Origin: Gnetum montanum
Lineage: Eukaryota; Plantae; Gnetophyta
Length of the DNA stretch: 64,000 bases
Reading direction: 5' to 3'
NCBI GenBank assembly: GCA_015680685.1
Contig: MNCI01001451.1
Span: forward strand, 944,274 to 1,008,273
Part shown: one piece after another, positions 48,863 through 62,137 of the stretch
How positions within the stretch are numbered: position 1 is the stretch's first letter
How the letters are laid out: each line of letters begins with the position of its first letter
The notes under the pieces: model-generated
Databases searched by the model: none
What the model saw: only the letters and a program-made list of their open reading frames with translations
What the model was told of the DNA's origin: nothing
Translations under genes and position numbers: made by a program

Positions 48863-51800
48863 TCATGGGTCGTCTTCACCCGCATCATCTTCACCTGCAT
48901 CATTTACTCCCACATCATTCCCTTCCGCATCACCTTCCTCTACATTGCCTACTACTGCCTCTTCATTTCCACCCTCTATGGGCCTTGCGCCCTCATCTGG
49001 AATCTACATTATAAAAGTGAAGTAGTCAGCTAGAGCAACAAACAAAAGCTAGAATAGAGCATATGCCTTAACATAGTAGAAGGTGACTAACCCGAGATGG
49101 CCCTGCTTCTATCTCAAAGGGTATACGATCCAAATTGAGCCTGAGGGGATGCCAAACCTCCTCCTTCTTGATATTTTCCCAATGCCTATTGCTTGGTTCA
49201 GTGTCTACAGTAGCTTTCTCCTTCTATATGGTCGTCCATCTCAGGGGGTCCTAGAGAAAAGAAGGTGGTAGCGGTCACACCTATGGGAAGGGCCACTTCC
49301 TATTTAGGAGATTCACTGAATGTTACCTACTCCATGAACTTTTTGTAAGCCTCAGTAGCTCCAATGGAATTCAAGAATGCTTCATGGGTAAACACCTTAA
49401 TTGAAGCATCCCGGTATAGTTTACGATAGGTGGCATATTCCAATTTATACATATGTTTATGGTTCTTCTGGGATTTCCCCCATTCGTAAATTCTAGTGCT
49501 ATAGTCTTTCCAATCCTGACACTTCTAAGCAAATAGGTCAATTTGCATCCGCTGTTCTATGATTTCTTGGGTGTCCTCATTATTGTGCCGCACGACTGTC
49601 CAATATGTAGCATAATCTATTATAGCCATGCACCAACTGCCATCATTAGTATCATAGGCCATGACGAATTTGTTCCTGGATTTGAGGTCTCCCACTTTGG
49701 GACTCAGTACAACCTTCTCTTTCTTAGTTCTTTAGACCTGTTTCCATAAGTACTCATTGACATGCCTACACTCCCACAAAGAGCATGCCTAGTGCAAAGC
49801 ACATTTTCTAGCCTCATCATATATGCGATGAGGCACCTCAGCCACTTTGGGCAGGAATGTAGACATGACACCGACTTGCGACATCCATTTCGGGTCCCAT
49901 TTGAGTCAAGAGGCTATAACAACACAAAGAGCGCATTAGTCACATCAACATAGTAAAGTTAGCAGCTTAAGATGTCTAGCGTAGCAACTTTAAAAATTGT
50001 AGCGTAGCTACTTTACTTACCCACTTTAGGATTGACCTACTTGAGACAGCTGATCATGTCATCAACGAGTCCCTGCATAAATGTAAGTTTGTCAGGGGTC
50101 TCAGCCCATGGTTCTAGACGAACAAGGGGAGGTCCTGCAACACTAACAATGATGTCTGTTATGCAAAGAAACGTGTCAGTAATGACCAAGGTGGACTACA
50201 ATAAAGCTATGAGTAACATAAACAACAGTGTAAAGGCTCCTACCTAGTAAACCCTTGGGGGGAGGGGGGGGGGGGGGGGGGGTNNNNNNNNNNNNNNNNN
50301 NNNNNNNNNNNNNNNNNNNNNNNNNNNNNNNNNNNNNNNNNNNNNNNNNNNNNNNNNNNNNNNNNNNNNNNNNNNNNNNNNNNNNNNNNNNNNNNNNNNN
50401 NNNNNNNNNNNNNNNNNNNNNNNNNNNNNNNNNNNNNNNNNNNNNNNNNNNNNNNNNNNNNNNNNNNNNNNNNNNNNNNNNNNNNNNNNNNNNNNNNNNN
50501 NNNNNNNNNNNNNNNNNNNNNNNNNNNNNNNNNNNNNNNNNNNNNNNNNNNNNNNNNNNNNNNNNNNNNNNNNNNNNNNNNNNNNNNNNNNNNNNNNNNN
50601 NNNNNNNNNNNNNNNNNNNNNNNNNNNNNNNNNNNNNNNNNNNNNNNNNNNNNNNNNNNNNNNNNNNNNNNNNNNNNNNNNNNNNNNNNNNNNNNNNNNN
50701 NNNNNNGACATATCATCGAATATATTTTCAAACTCACCAGTGTCTAATTGTAGTTCCCCTCCTTTCTTCTCAAAGCTATGGTAGCACCCTTGGCATTTGT
50801 TCACTCACCTGATGTTGAACTACGTTCAGCAAAGGGACCTTCGGCAGAAGTTCCTTTTTGGTCGATGCAGGCTTCCTCTTTATTTGTTGGAACCTTTCTT
50901 TTCAAGGCACCAACATCCTTCTCATCCATAGGAGACTCCTCTTCATCTCTGAAAATGTCCTCCTCGTTAGTAGAAGGATTTTCCTTGATGACAGGAGCCC
51001 TTTGCTTAATGACAAGAGCTCCTTCCCTCTTAATAGGGGTCCTTTCTTCTATAAATGGCCCCTCCGCATCTTTATTTGCTGCCCCCATCTTGGGGGTCGA
51101 CACCTCTTCTTCACCTTCTTCTTCTTCTTCTTCCTCTAGCAGGAAAAGAAACATATTCGCATTGTAGCTTAAACCATGTTAGCTGAAGTAGGTGCTATGC
51201 TATGCTACGCTATCTAGCATAGCACAACATAGTAAGCATTTAGATCAAAAGGCAAAGAGACAATCATAAAGAAGATCATTTAACAATGGGAGGTTGTGTC
51301 CTGCATAGCTTAAACCGTAGTGATGGTCCCCCTTCCTCGACCATATGGGGAGGCTCTTTGTCTGGAGGAGGCCTCTTTCACCGCAACTTAGTGGCCACTG
51401 TCTCGGCGATGAGAACTTTCCCCTGTGATATGCTACCTATAGCAGTAGGGGGTGCCTCTCCCACGTTGTCTTGGCCATGGAAGTTGTGGGCCACTTGATC
51501 CTTAGTTGTCATAGAAAATGACTCCCCAATAGTTTCTGGGGGATCTTGGGCTTGGGTGGTTTGGAGGATTTGGGAGATCCATGGTTTGGAAATCTAGTTG
51601 TGCCCTTGCATAACCCAGATTCCATTGTCACAAACTACCAAAAAATCCATGAAACATTGCAAGCAGGCTATGTAAAAGGTGTAGTGCACGTTGAAATGGG
51701 ACTCCTACTTCTTATGAAGTGCGATGATTTCAGTTTGCAAGCCCTTACATAGATGCCTAGCCTAGTTGTAGCGAGCCCCCTCTTCCATGACCTCCTGCAT

Positions 51801-53953
51801 CACTCAAGTTTGGTCAATCCTAATGATCTTTCCTTGGAAAAGTAGCTAGGGGAAAGCATGGGCACAAAAGATGGGATAAACCTCTTTGGAGGCTCTCGGC
51901 TTGAGCTTCTCCATGGGGATTTCCTTTCATCCCTTTGCAATCCCTAGCCACTCCTCAATGTCCTCCTTCTGATGGTTCACCTCTTTATTGGTCTTTGACC
52001 CTATAGGAAGACCATCAGAAGGGACACCGAAAAGGTTCGTGAATAGCTGGTCATTGATTTTAAGGACCACCCGCACACCGTGTATACGTGTGCAGAAGCG
52101 ATCCACCTTCTTATAAAAGGAGTTTGTTAGGGCAAACATCTTAGTGGTAGGGACACTTGGGTTTGGGGCTAGAAACAAATCCATGAGCCTAGCATCTTGA
52201 AGGTGCTTGATTAGGGATTCCGAGGCTGCGCTGCATATCCAACGTTGGCTCTCATCTACCTCCCCATACTTGAATTAGATGTTGGCCTCCTGGTTCCCAG
52301 AAGTAATCATCGTCACCTCCTGGGACTTCTTCTCCCCTATAGCAGTTTGCACAAAAACACCAAAAAAAGGTTAAAGAGCAAAAGCAAAAAAGCAAAAAAC
52401 AAGTTAGGCAACACATAAGTAGTAGAAAAAATAGCGATGACACTCGAGCAGGCAGTAACTTATTGTTTAGCTTACCAGGTTTAAATGATGATGGGAATAG
52501 TGGAAGATCAACCAAGACATCTTCACCGGTGATCGGCTTAAAGGGTGTCCATCCCTCATCCAACCAATCAGACTCCTTGCATTTATTGTAGAGTTTGGGA
52601 TATCGGGTTGGGTAGGTTTTGTACTCACCCTTGCATTGGCCTATCGAACCTGCGCGCATATTCTAAGTAGAAGAAAACTCCCGCAGCACCATCTATGCTA
52701 TGGTCAACACATCCGTATTGCTGTGAAGTCCATTCTCATTGATGAAAAAACTGGTAACAAAAACACAGTGTTAACATTTGACTAACGTAGCAAACATTGC
52801 ATAGCATAGCAGAACATGGTTATAAAACTCACCTGCCAGCACTGTAAATGGTTCCTAGTGGGTTTTGGAAGTACGTTCCCATGTGATGCACAATAAATAA
52901 GGTATTGTAGGAATGGTAGCAATTATACTTGGGCATCTCCCAGATCCAAGCCAAATGCCTCAAATTTCTGGGGTTCTGACTGGGTCCCTCTCCTTGCCTA
53001 TTGCTAATTTCTCCATCCATCAAGAATCTCAAAATACCCAAATTTGCCCCAGGCAACAATGTTTCTGTTATGGCGGTCACTACCTCCTTTGCCAGATGTG
53101 ACCAAATGATCACACTGAAGCATTGGAGGAGAAATTGCAGGAACTCTTATGCTTCCTCCTAGAACCAGACTACCTACTACCCCACACGTGTATGAGGTGG
53201 AGGAGCATTGGCCACTGGTTCATTCATGTAGCACAAGACCCCCACGATTTCTAGGATAATCAAGATTGGCCTTAGTGCTACCCTACACAATATAATAGCA
53301 AATGTTAGCATCATGTTCGAGTGGAATTCAAACATAGCATAGCAAAACTAGCATTTTAGTAGATAGCATAGCATGATTTCCTTCATGCATATAGCGTAGC
53401 GAAAAAACACGAAGGAAATAGCGTAGCAAAATTAGCGTAACATAGCAATCAAGTGATTAGCCCTAACAAAATGATTAGCATCATGTCGTGACAAAACAGG
53501 TGTCACGCTGTTACATCATGCACATGGCTAAACCCCCCCTGAGGGTCGTATGCTATGCTTCTTGCATGCCAAGTGGCTCAAATCATCCAAGCCTTTGCGG
53601 TAATGATAGCTGCAGCGATGGCGGTCTAGGTGAGCTTGCATGTAACCTTAGCGTAGCGTCCATACATTCACCATGGCCGAAATAGCAACAGTGACGGTGT
53701 AAGGGCCAAAACAATGACAACGCGATGACATAAAAAACACAGATGGCTAAAAAAATCATAGAAAAAAAATAAAAAAAGCAAAAACAAATGATAGAGGTGT
53801 AAAAAAAAGAAATACAGGAAACATAGCAGCCTACCAAGCCAACGGTGTCTCCTCTTGCATTGCGACACACGCCTGTGACACACGCCCTAGGGTTTCCTTT
53901 ACTTCTTTAACCTTGGCAAGCACCGGGTTTTTGCATTCTTTTCTGGGAGCCAT
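48863..53953 (-). pseudogene. Spliced antisense accessory gene, copy 2
   Basis: ATG at 53953, TATAAAT at ~54109-54115, FCP1/NIF-like exon 53282-52833, stop at 48863. Includes the N gap 50284-50706. Confidence 0.8.
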
Positions 53954-54289
53954 CGTTTTTCTTGTCGACTCTTCCTTTGTTGCTACGTCAAATTGCCTCG
54001 CTCTTCATTAACACAATCGCTCTGCGCTTCAAATTTGGGCTCTGCGCTCTGAATGTAGGCTCTGTGCTGTTAGGGTGAAAATGGCGAGTTTACCAAGGGT
54101 TAATCCCCATTTATAGTCATGATGGTGAAAGGGAAACTTTTCATTCTCTCTCTCCGTTTAATGTGGAGTATTCTGTGGAGCGTAGCATGCCTGCCACGGC
54201 GTAGCAACACTATTCGCATTAAGGCAAGTGGGCCTGAGCAAAAGGCCTTAACATGCTTCATACTAGCTATTTGGATTCATGAAAATATG

Positions 54290-54612
54290 TTGTTAGTGGT
54301 CCACAAAGACCTTAAACTAGTAGTCTAATACTTTTGCATTTTAGGTGGTCTGCAAAGTCCTTAAACTAGTGCCTTCTAGATTTCATATCTTGACGGTCCA
54401 AAAAGACCTTAAACTAGTGTCTTCACAACATACCTTGTTAGCAGTCTGCAAAGATCTTAAACTAGTAGTTTCAACCTTTTATCCATTGGTAGTCTGTAAT
54501 GACATTAAACTAGCCATTCTACATTTCTTACATAAGCAGTTTTGCACTTTTACATTAGCAGTTTTACATTTCTATGTCTTAACGGTCAACCACGATCTTA
54601 AATTGGCAAATT
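54290..54612 (+). repeat. Pre-RT GTC-N6-GAC-TTAAACT array, unit 3
   Basis: Six modules. Confidence 0.8.
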
Positions 54613-54740
54613 TTAAACCTTATATCATACTTCATAGTTACGTCTATAGTTTGCATCTCATTGCTATTTTGCAAATGCTCACTACACACAGTTACTACAT
54701 ACAGGTACCTCTTAACTATACTTTCATCTCATTTTGGCAA

Positions 54741-55570
54741 GTTGAGTGAGAATGGAAATCCATCATGATCTCTCTTCATCTTTAGCTTTAATAGGCCTAC
54801 ATGGTGAACTCGCAAGACAACTGAACCCAAAACTAATAGACTGGGAATCATCCATAGTTAGCACCATAGCATCCTTAAAAGCATCCTTAGACTAGCCTGG
54901 GCATCTAGTCCAAGCCCTAGATTTAGAGGCCAGGGATGTAATTAAGGACCCTCTCATCGAAATGCCTATGACCACATCTAGGGGGAAATTAAAAACGTTA
55001 AAACTTAGTTTCCTCCTAGATTCGCAGATGCACAAAGATGTAGCCAAAATTCTGCAAGATAACATTAAAATCTTTGCATGGTCATACAGTGATATGCTGG
55101 GTTTATATCTGAGGCTAATATAGCACAACATTATCTTAGACCTACACATGAAAGTAGTTAAGTAGAATGCTCGCAAGGTCAAACTAGAGATTGCATTGGT
55201 CGTATGGGATGAAATCGCTAAGCTATACCAACCCAGTTTCATCCAGGTAGTTGATTACTCGGAATGGGTGTCTAACATTATTGTAGTCTCTAAGAAAATG
55301 AAAGGAATACGAATCTGTATAGACTTTCAGGATCTAAACAAAGCAACGATCAAAGATGATTTCCCACTGCTGAGTATTGATCAACTCATTGACACTACGG
55401 CTGGTCATGCTCTGTTATCCTTTATGAATGGTTTCACCAGCTACAACCAAATTCGCATTAAAATAGAGAATCAGTTAACAACAACCTTCATGATCCTATG
55501 GGGTACCTTTTGTTACACTGTGATGCCTTTTGGGCTCAAGAATGCCAGAGCAACCTACCAGCGAGCCATG
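54741..55570 (+). pseudogene. Family A RT N-terminal half, truncated at YQRAM
   Basis: IFAWSY.DM.G, WVSNIIVV.KK..IRICIDFQDLNKA..KDDFPL..ID, YNQI, VMPFGLKNA.ATYQRAM. Confidence 0.95.
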
Positions 55571-55760
55571 CCTCAAGCTTACTTAACCATACAATCATGA
55601 CATATAGGTAAGCTTGTGAAGACATCGATCAACCAACCCATCCTTGTTCCATAAGGGTGGATAAGCACTTAGTCCTTGGAATTTGATTGGATTGCATGTG
55701 AAACACTTGTATTCATATGGTTGAGCGTAGGGGTACCTCGTCGGTCATCAAGGACCAACA
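55571..55760 (+). mobile_element. 3' part of the interrupted family C LTR
   Basis: Homologous to 60604-60801 (cctcaa.ct.actt.accat ... tagtc.ttggaatttga ... tatggttg.g.gtaggggtacctc); ends ..ACCAACA with no PBS after it. Confidence 0.8.
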
Positions 55761-56050
55761 AAAAATGGGGAGCATATCACTTTTGTCAAAGTACTTATGG
55801 GAAGAAGATGGTTTAAGGTAAAGAAGGTTGATCTCAAAGATGGGTAGATTTTCTAGTGGAGGATACAAAAAAAGAGTTTTAAGGTCTTTATTTTAAAGAA
55901 GATATTAGAGCTGCAAAAAAGTACTTCCAAAATATCTTCATTAAGAGGGGGGGGGGGGGGGGGTAGTATGGGGGAGAAGGGGGATGTGAAAGGTGTGTTG
56001 GAACCCAAAATAAGTGAAACATAGGTACACCCCAAGATCTATCATCCAAT

Positions 56051-56144
56051 TAGAACTTTATATGACTCAATATTGCCCACTGGCATCAAATCCATGACCT
56101 AGAGCTTCCAAATCAAGTGTCTTACCACTAGGCTAATACCTCAT
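56051..56144 (-). mobile_element. tRNA-derived SINE-like copy
   Basis: A box TAGCCTAGTGG and decayed B box GATTTGATGCC. Confidence 0.6.
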
Positions 56145-56901
56145 TATTATAAAACATCTTCATTGACACTTTTAATGGGTAGGCTTCATTCTAAGGGATA
56201 GGAAATTTTTGGTTCAAAAGGTTTGATCAAGTGTAATGGTGAATATTTTTTCCATCAAGGTTAATGCATGCTTTTTCTTAAAAAAAATTCACCCATGAGA
56301 AGACTATGCTATCATGCCATATAAAAAATCTCATGATGTAATTAGAAATGTGGGGGCTAATATTTCTCCCAACATAATAAGAGTTATAAAGAAAAGTCCA
56401 AGGTAAGAGATGGTTGGTAGTCTATTTAAGCCTATCAAGTTTGTTAGTAGAGTTTTATTTAAAGGAAGTAATTCGTAGCATTGTAAGGATATTTAGCGAG
56501 CCATTGATGATTGATTAGCAACCACAAAAGCACATTCTATATTACTAAAGGAAGTATTTTAGAGCTAGAAATGTAATTGAATATCTAATAATCCATGTGA
56601 AATTCTAGAGTTTTTCTTTATTTTATTTTTAGAAGACAAACAAGGTTTAGGAGCCTTTATAAACCTCTTTATGTTAAAGCTCAATTGTGTATCAACTATT
56701 GATGATATCTGGTAGAGGAGGAGACTATCGTTATGCTTTAGGTGCTACATCATCCATGGTTATTTTCATATAGGTGATTCATCTAGCTAGAGCACTTAGA
56801 CCTCATTGATTATGTAACATTCATTTGAAGTTTCATTTGTTGAGAGGTAGGAAATGTATGTTGATCTCTTTTATGATTTTAGTTAGCAAAGTTTTTAAAC
56901 C

Positions 56902-56993
56902 ATGAGGTGCTAGCCTAGTGGTAAGATTCTTGATTTGAAAACTCCAAATCATGGGTTCAATTCTAGTGGGCAATATTGAGTCATAAAATTCTA
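56902..56993 (+). mobile_element. tRNA-derived SINE-like copy
   Basis: A box TAGCCTAGTGG and B box GGTTCAATTC at tRNA-like spacing; no intact cloverleaf. Confidence 0.65.
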
Positions 56994-57959
56994 TTTTCAT
57001 TATATATCTTTTAATAATGAATTATAGAAACTATTTTTTTGCATTCACAATGGATTAAAGTATTTGATGAGACTCTTGTTCATCTCTGAACATGTTTATG
57101 TTCTAAGTTATTCATGAATTTTCCTTGATTATTTAATGCACCTTGTTGATTTGTATGATTTTTCCCCTATTAAGAGGGCTTCTATGATAATTCTAAATCA
57201 TACCTTATATTTGTTATATTCATGGATTTGAAGGGTTTCTAAATTATTAATGTTCTTGGATATCATCTTAACTGATCATATTCATAAGATTGAAGGGTTC
57301 TAAATTCGATGGTAATCTTTAATTTCCTTAGATTCTCTTGTGTTGGTTGTATGACATTTTATTATTCTAGGAGTTATCTCCAATGTCATGGCCATTTTCT
57401 TCTACGTTAGATCAACTTGTCTTTTACATTCATATCTTGTGAGATAAATTAACTTCGTGCCATGTTGTATCAACCAATTATACCTTGTCAAGAAACGTTT
57501 CTTCCTATCATGCTAGTTTAAATAAGTATAACTTGTGGGGAAAATTCACTTCCTACTATGCTATGTTATGCAATGATACCTTGTGATGATGAACCACTAA
57601 TCTAGATTTGCCATCATTCACCATACCTTACAAAAGATGTGTGTTTATGTAAGCAATTGATTTTAATTAACCACATGTTGGATTATCGATTAATGTCTCT
57701 TTATTAAGTAGAAGTGGTATTTGAATTTTGGTGGATTTATGGTTGAATTGTAGTCAAATCGTTTATGGATTCTTGGATACTAATCTTTATAAAGAATGGG
57801 ATCTTTTAAGACTAATATAATTTTGATGCATGATATATTATTATTCCTCCTTATGCTATATGGTTGCCTAATTTAGTATCTTGGTACTTCAAGTCTAGTA
57901 AAGGATTTATGTATCTTTTTCCTACTTAGTGTTTTTGTACTAACTTCCTCCTTGTTGTA

Positions 57960-58456
57960 CCATGTGTTATAGGTGATAAAGTTGAGTTTTTATGACAAAC
58001 AACATTGTAGCAATGATGTCGTTAATATGATGTTACCACTCATCATGCATTATTGTTGATATGATGTCTCGGGATGTGTGAAACCCTATAAATATGACAC
58101 TTGGGTGTAAAAACCAATAACTTTTCATTCCCATAGTAACAAAACTCTTGTAGTTTGATTTCCTCACTTAGACTTAGCAATAGTAAATGCCTATAGTGTG
58201 ATGTATCATAGTTGAACATTATCTTTATTTGAGCAAGTTGTACGTGGGAAAAAATTGTGATGGAAATAAAAATTGAGACTATTTCCCATCATTGCAGCAT
58301 CACTTAGTTTTTTTCATATTTACTTAGCATAATGTTTGCTATTTTATTAGCCTAATATTTTACTTTCCCAAGAAATTTATTTAGTAAGCGGAATAGATAC
58401 AATTGATTTCAAGTGTTAAGTATTATTGTTTGGTAATCCCAGTGGTATTATAGCTT
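57960..58456 (+). mobile_element. Decayed LTR with tRNA-iMet-type PBS
   Basis: ccctataaata at ~58084; ..ATCCCA-G-TGGTATTATAGC (~58444) resembles TGGTATCAGAGC. Left boundary is uncertain. Confidence 0.45.
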
Positions 58457-58689
58457 GGTTGGCCCAGTAGTGTAATACTTGGTCATTCCAGTAACAATTA
58501 CATGAGCCCAAGGTGTGTGTGGTAAATCAAGAATGGTTATCCATTACAATAGGTTAAAATAGATTTATGCTTTCTTAGTTAGCTAAACTTAGACAGGTTT
58601 TACCATCTTTATGATTAGAAGCTGTAAGAGCCAAACAACATCATCAATTATCACATGCCTTAATGTGAGCTAAACCATACACTTGCATA

Positions 58690-59780
58690 GAATCGGACAT
58701 CCCTTTTGCAAATGGAAGAGTCCTGGTTGTACTCCTTCATACTTTTATTTTTTCTCAACTCTTCTTCTTCTTTTGCCACTTGCTCAATCAGCCTTTGGAT
58801 TTGATGAACCCTTAGTTTTGAAAGTCTCCCTTGGATGTAGACCCCAAGAGTTCTTCTCGTTTCTATTTGAAGCCCATTTATGATATTGTAGAGTTGCTCC
58901 CTTTGAGAAAAGTCATGGCTAGGGCATCAGTATAAGAGATAGTAATACTTATCGATGGCTACATGCAAGGATTCATGTGTTCCTTTTTTCCAACCTTGGA
59001 TATACTTTCTTAGGTTGGATACTTGGGATTATGTCTAATACTTGTTGTTAAAGAGCTCAAGCATTGTGCTCTATCATCTAATTGATTTCAGCTCCAAGGA
59101 CTAGTACCAACGTTTTGGCTCTTTAATGAGTATCCTTGGGAACAACATTAATTTTTGCCATTCATTTTCAATGTTCTATAAGGTACATGCATTGTGAAAG
59201 GCTTGAAAATGGTTCTATGAGTTAGAATTATATCCCCCTTTAATCTTGGGGATATTGTTCATGACCAACCATTTAATTCAGCTATCTTTCGCATGCTTGT
59301 TGGAATCCTCATGGCCTTTGCAATGTTGAGCATGTTTCTGGTTGCAAGAAAAGGCTAATCATAATCATGGAATTCTTTGTGGCCATGATGTCTATGATGT
59401 CCCATGCTTTCCCTTTGTTCTTTGTGGTGGGTCTCCCTCAATTGACCAGACCCCATGTCTCTACTATTCTGAGGGGGTTTGCAATCATCCCTATCCTACT
59501 AGGCACCTTCATCATGATCTTTGTTTTATCTGTGGCTTTGGTTGGAGTTTGAAGAGGAAGAGGATGAGGGTGATGAAGATGAAGAGAAAGGAGAGCCACC
59601 ACTAAAGTGGTATCTACTACCTTCTCTCCATTTTTCATGGTCACGATCACCATGTTTGTCATGGTCTTGGTGCTTGATGTTGCTCCTACCTTAACTCCCT
59701 TCTTTGGAGTTCCCATGGTCATGGGACCTATTCTTCCTCGAACCAAGATTATCTACAGTGGAGTGTAGATGCTAGTTAAG
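58690..59780 (-). pseudogene. Possible decayed gag-like remnant
   Basis: Minus strand L.K..SMKEYNQ motif and an H/G/R-rich low-complexity stretch. Weak. Confidence 0.3.
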
Positions 59781-61851
59781 GGATTTCTCATCAAGGGAGG
59801 AGAATCAGTATGTTGAGAAGTGCCTAAAAAGATTTTGTCCCCTTCCTTTTGGCCTAGCAGGAACAAGGGGTTTGTGAACCCTTTTGATGAAGCATCCAAT
59901 CGCTGCATTGATTGGGCTACGTTGATGAAGCCTCGTTAATGTGACAATGTCAACATGACCTCATCAATGCATCTTTCCAAGTGTTGACGTGGCCTTATCA
60001 ATGTAGAGTCCATTTTCTACTATAAATATGCATGCACTTGCTACATTTATGTCACCTCTTGTTCAAGTTGTAGCAAAGCTCTTACAATTTTTTCCGTAGG
60101 AGTTAGATTATTTTTCCAAGTGCTTGCAAACATAGTTTGAAGAGTGTACAACTCTTTATTTGAGTGCTAATGTACCTAAGCCCATTGGCATGAATGACAA
60201 TAAAGATGAGCTTCTCAAACATTCCTTGTAGCATTTAAACCAGATTACTCAAGCATTGATATTTTAATACTTTAAGAATTCTAATGCTCTTGTTATCACA
60301 CTTTCATAATTATGATGATTTTGTTATCACTTTATAGTTACGGTACATTTATTAGTCTATGAGAACACATAAGCATGACCACCTCGAACATGTGTTTGAC
60401 ACTTGGTAACCCAGTGACGCTTAATATCTGGCAACCCAATAGTAATTAAGACATGCTTGGGATGTGCATAGAAGGTGGGACCAGCTACTTATGCTAGGAT
60501 AGTCAAGTGATAGCATAGTGAAATCTTAGATTATGTATTCTTTTTCTCCCTATATTAGAGAATTAAATATTAAGAATAAAAGAAAACACATAAAAATCAT
60601 ATTCCTCAATCTCACTTCACCATTATTCTACAATGTCACAAGTGAGGTTGAGAAGACAACGACTATTCTAACTAGGATTTTGATGGTTAGAATACTATGC
60701 GTAAGTACTCATAGTCTTTGGAATTTGACCAGATTACACATGAATGCTTGTGATTCGTATGGTTGGGTGTAGGGGTACCTCACCGCTCATCATTGGCATC
60801 ATTTTTTGGGACTGTTAGTCTTTCGTGCACTATCTTGCCTTAGCAAGATCATTACTCACTTCGTTGGAATAGACCCATTAAGTCAAAATCTACTTATGCT
60901 AAATGACTTAGGTAAGATTAAGGCACACCAGGTTATTTTTTGTTTAACACTAATACGTCTTCTTCTCACAAGTGAGATGGATCCAATCCACAAGTGCTCC
61001 AAGAATGTCAGGTGGAATATACTGATTTAGATGAGTATATACCCAACTTCACCTTCATCCTGCATTAGAATGAGCAGATGTGATGCCCCCTGATCGATCG
61101 GTTCATGAAATTCAGCTCTAAACTCTCACCAAATTGGGAGTTTAGGACCAAGTTGAGGAGTACATGATGGAGGATCATGATTATTGGGACTATCGTCCAA
61201 ATGAGGCATAGTGTAAGTGGGACCTGTAGTAATAAAAACACCATGAATGAGCAAAGGGTAAATGGTCTAGTAACCCTTTGTCCTTGCAGGCCCAACACGG
61301 TGATGAGGAACTTGTTCCTTGCAGTCCTCATTATTTCGCATCTCCACCCCCATGTAAAACATCCAATCCATCATATAAAGTAAAGGTTCAAGTGATAGGG
61401 AGTTCTAGGATGCTGAGGGATCTCCTGGAGGAGATCATGGCACAGGTGAAGATGGACATGAAGATCGATGTTGTCGTCATGGACAAGGAGGTGATTGGCA
61501 TAGTGGGGGTGGCAGTCCTCCCTCTCTTCTCATTCCCCTCTTTCCACCTTAGCTTCATCCGGTTCTAAATCTGACTGTAGCCATCATAGCAGGGATTGTA
61601 ATGATGGTGATCATCGAGATCGACATAATCGAGAACACCAATGGGAATGTCATGATCGAGGGCATGAGTGGTCATGGGAGGATCACCGTTAGGAAAGGAG
61701 AGGTAGAAGAGACTATCATGGATGCCATGGCTATCATCAAGACCATGACCTTGATGAACCACTACTTGCCACTCGAAGCATGCTCAACATAGTAGAGGCA
61801 GTTCACATACCTACCAGGCATTTGTGAGACAGCTGGATCAAGCACCTTGAT

Positions 61852-62112
61852 ATGAACAACATTCCCAAGTTTGAAGGGGGATATAACTATGATCTGCAAA
61901 CTCACCTACAAGAATTTCATGATGCTTGCATCCTAAAAAATATTGAAAATGAATGGCAGAAACTTAGGCTATTTCCCCAAATGCTCATCAAGGAGGCAGA
62001 AAGCTGGTATTGGTCTTTGGAACTAGAATTGATCAGGCAATGGAATACGATGCTGGAGCTCTTCAATGATAAATACCAAACTTACTCCAAGGTGTCTAAT
62101 ATGAGAAAATGA
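61852..62112 (+). pseudogene. Retrotransposon gag domain fragment (family C)
   Basis: IPKFEG....HLQEF..C....KLRLFP..L..EA.SW..SL....I..W..M...F..KY. Confidence 0.85.
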
Positions 62113-62137
62113 ATATAGGGGTGGAAACAAGGTAGCC

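Larger units (their letters stand above)
17070..55570 (+). mobile_element. Head-to-tail array of Tat/Ogre-type Ty3/gypsy element (family A), beginning and ending within RT, with nested family B element
   Basis: 17070-21508 is homologous to 40451-44847, and 31965-40257 to 46148-55570. Order is gag-PR-spacer-RT-RH-aRH-INT. Confidence 0.9.

Noticed and set aside
50240-50812. ORFs spanning N runs (also 25734-26319)
   Set aside because: Artefacts of assembly gaps and poly-G.
56902-56993. Functional tRNA gene
   Set aside because: Acceptor and anticodon stems do not pair, and several diverged copies share a non-tRNA tail.
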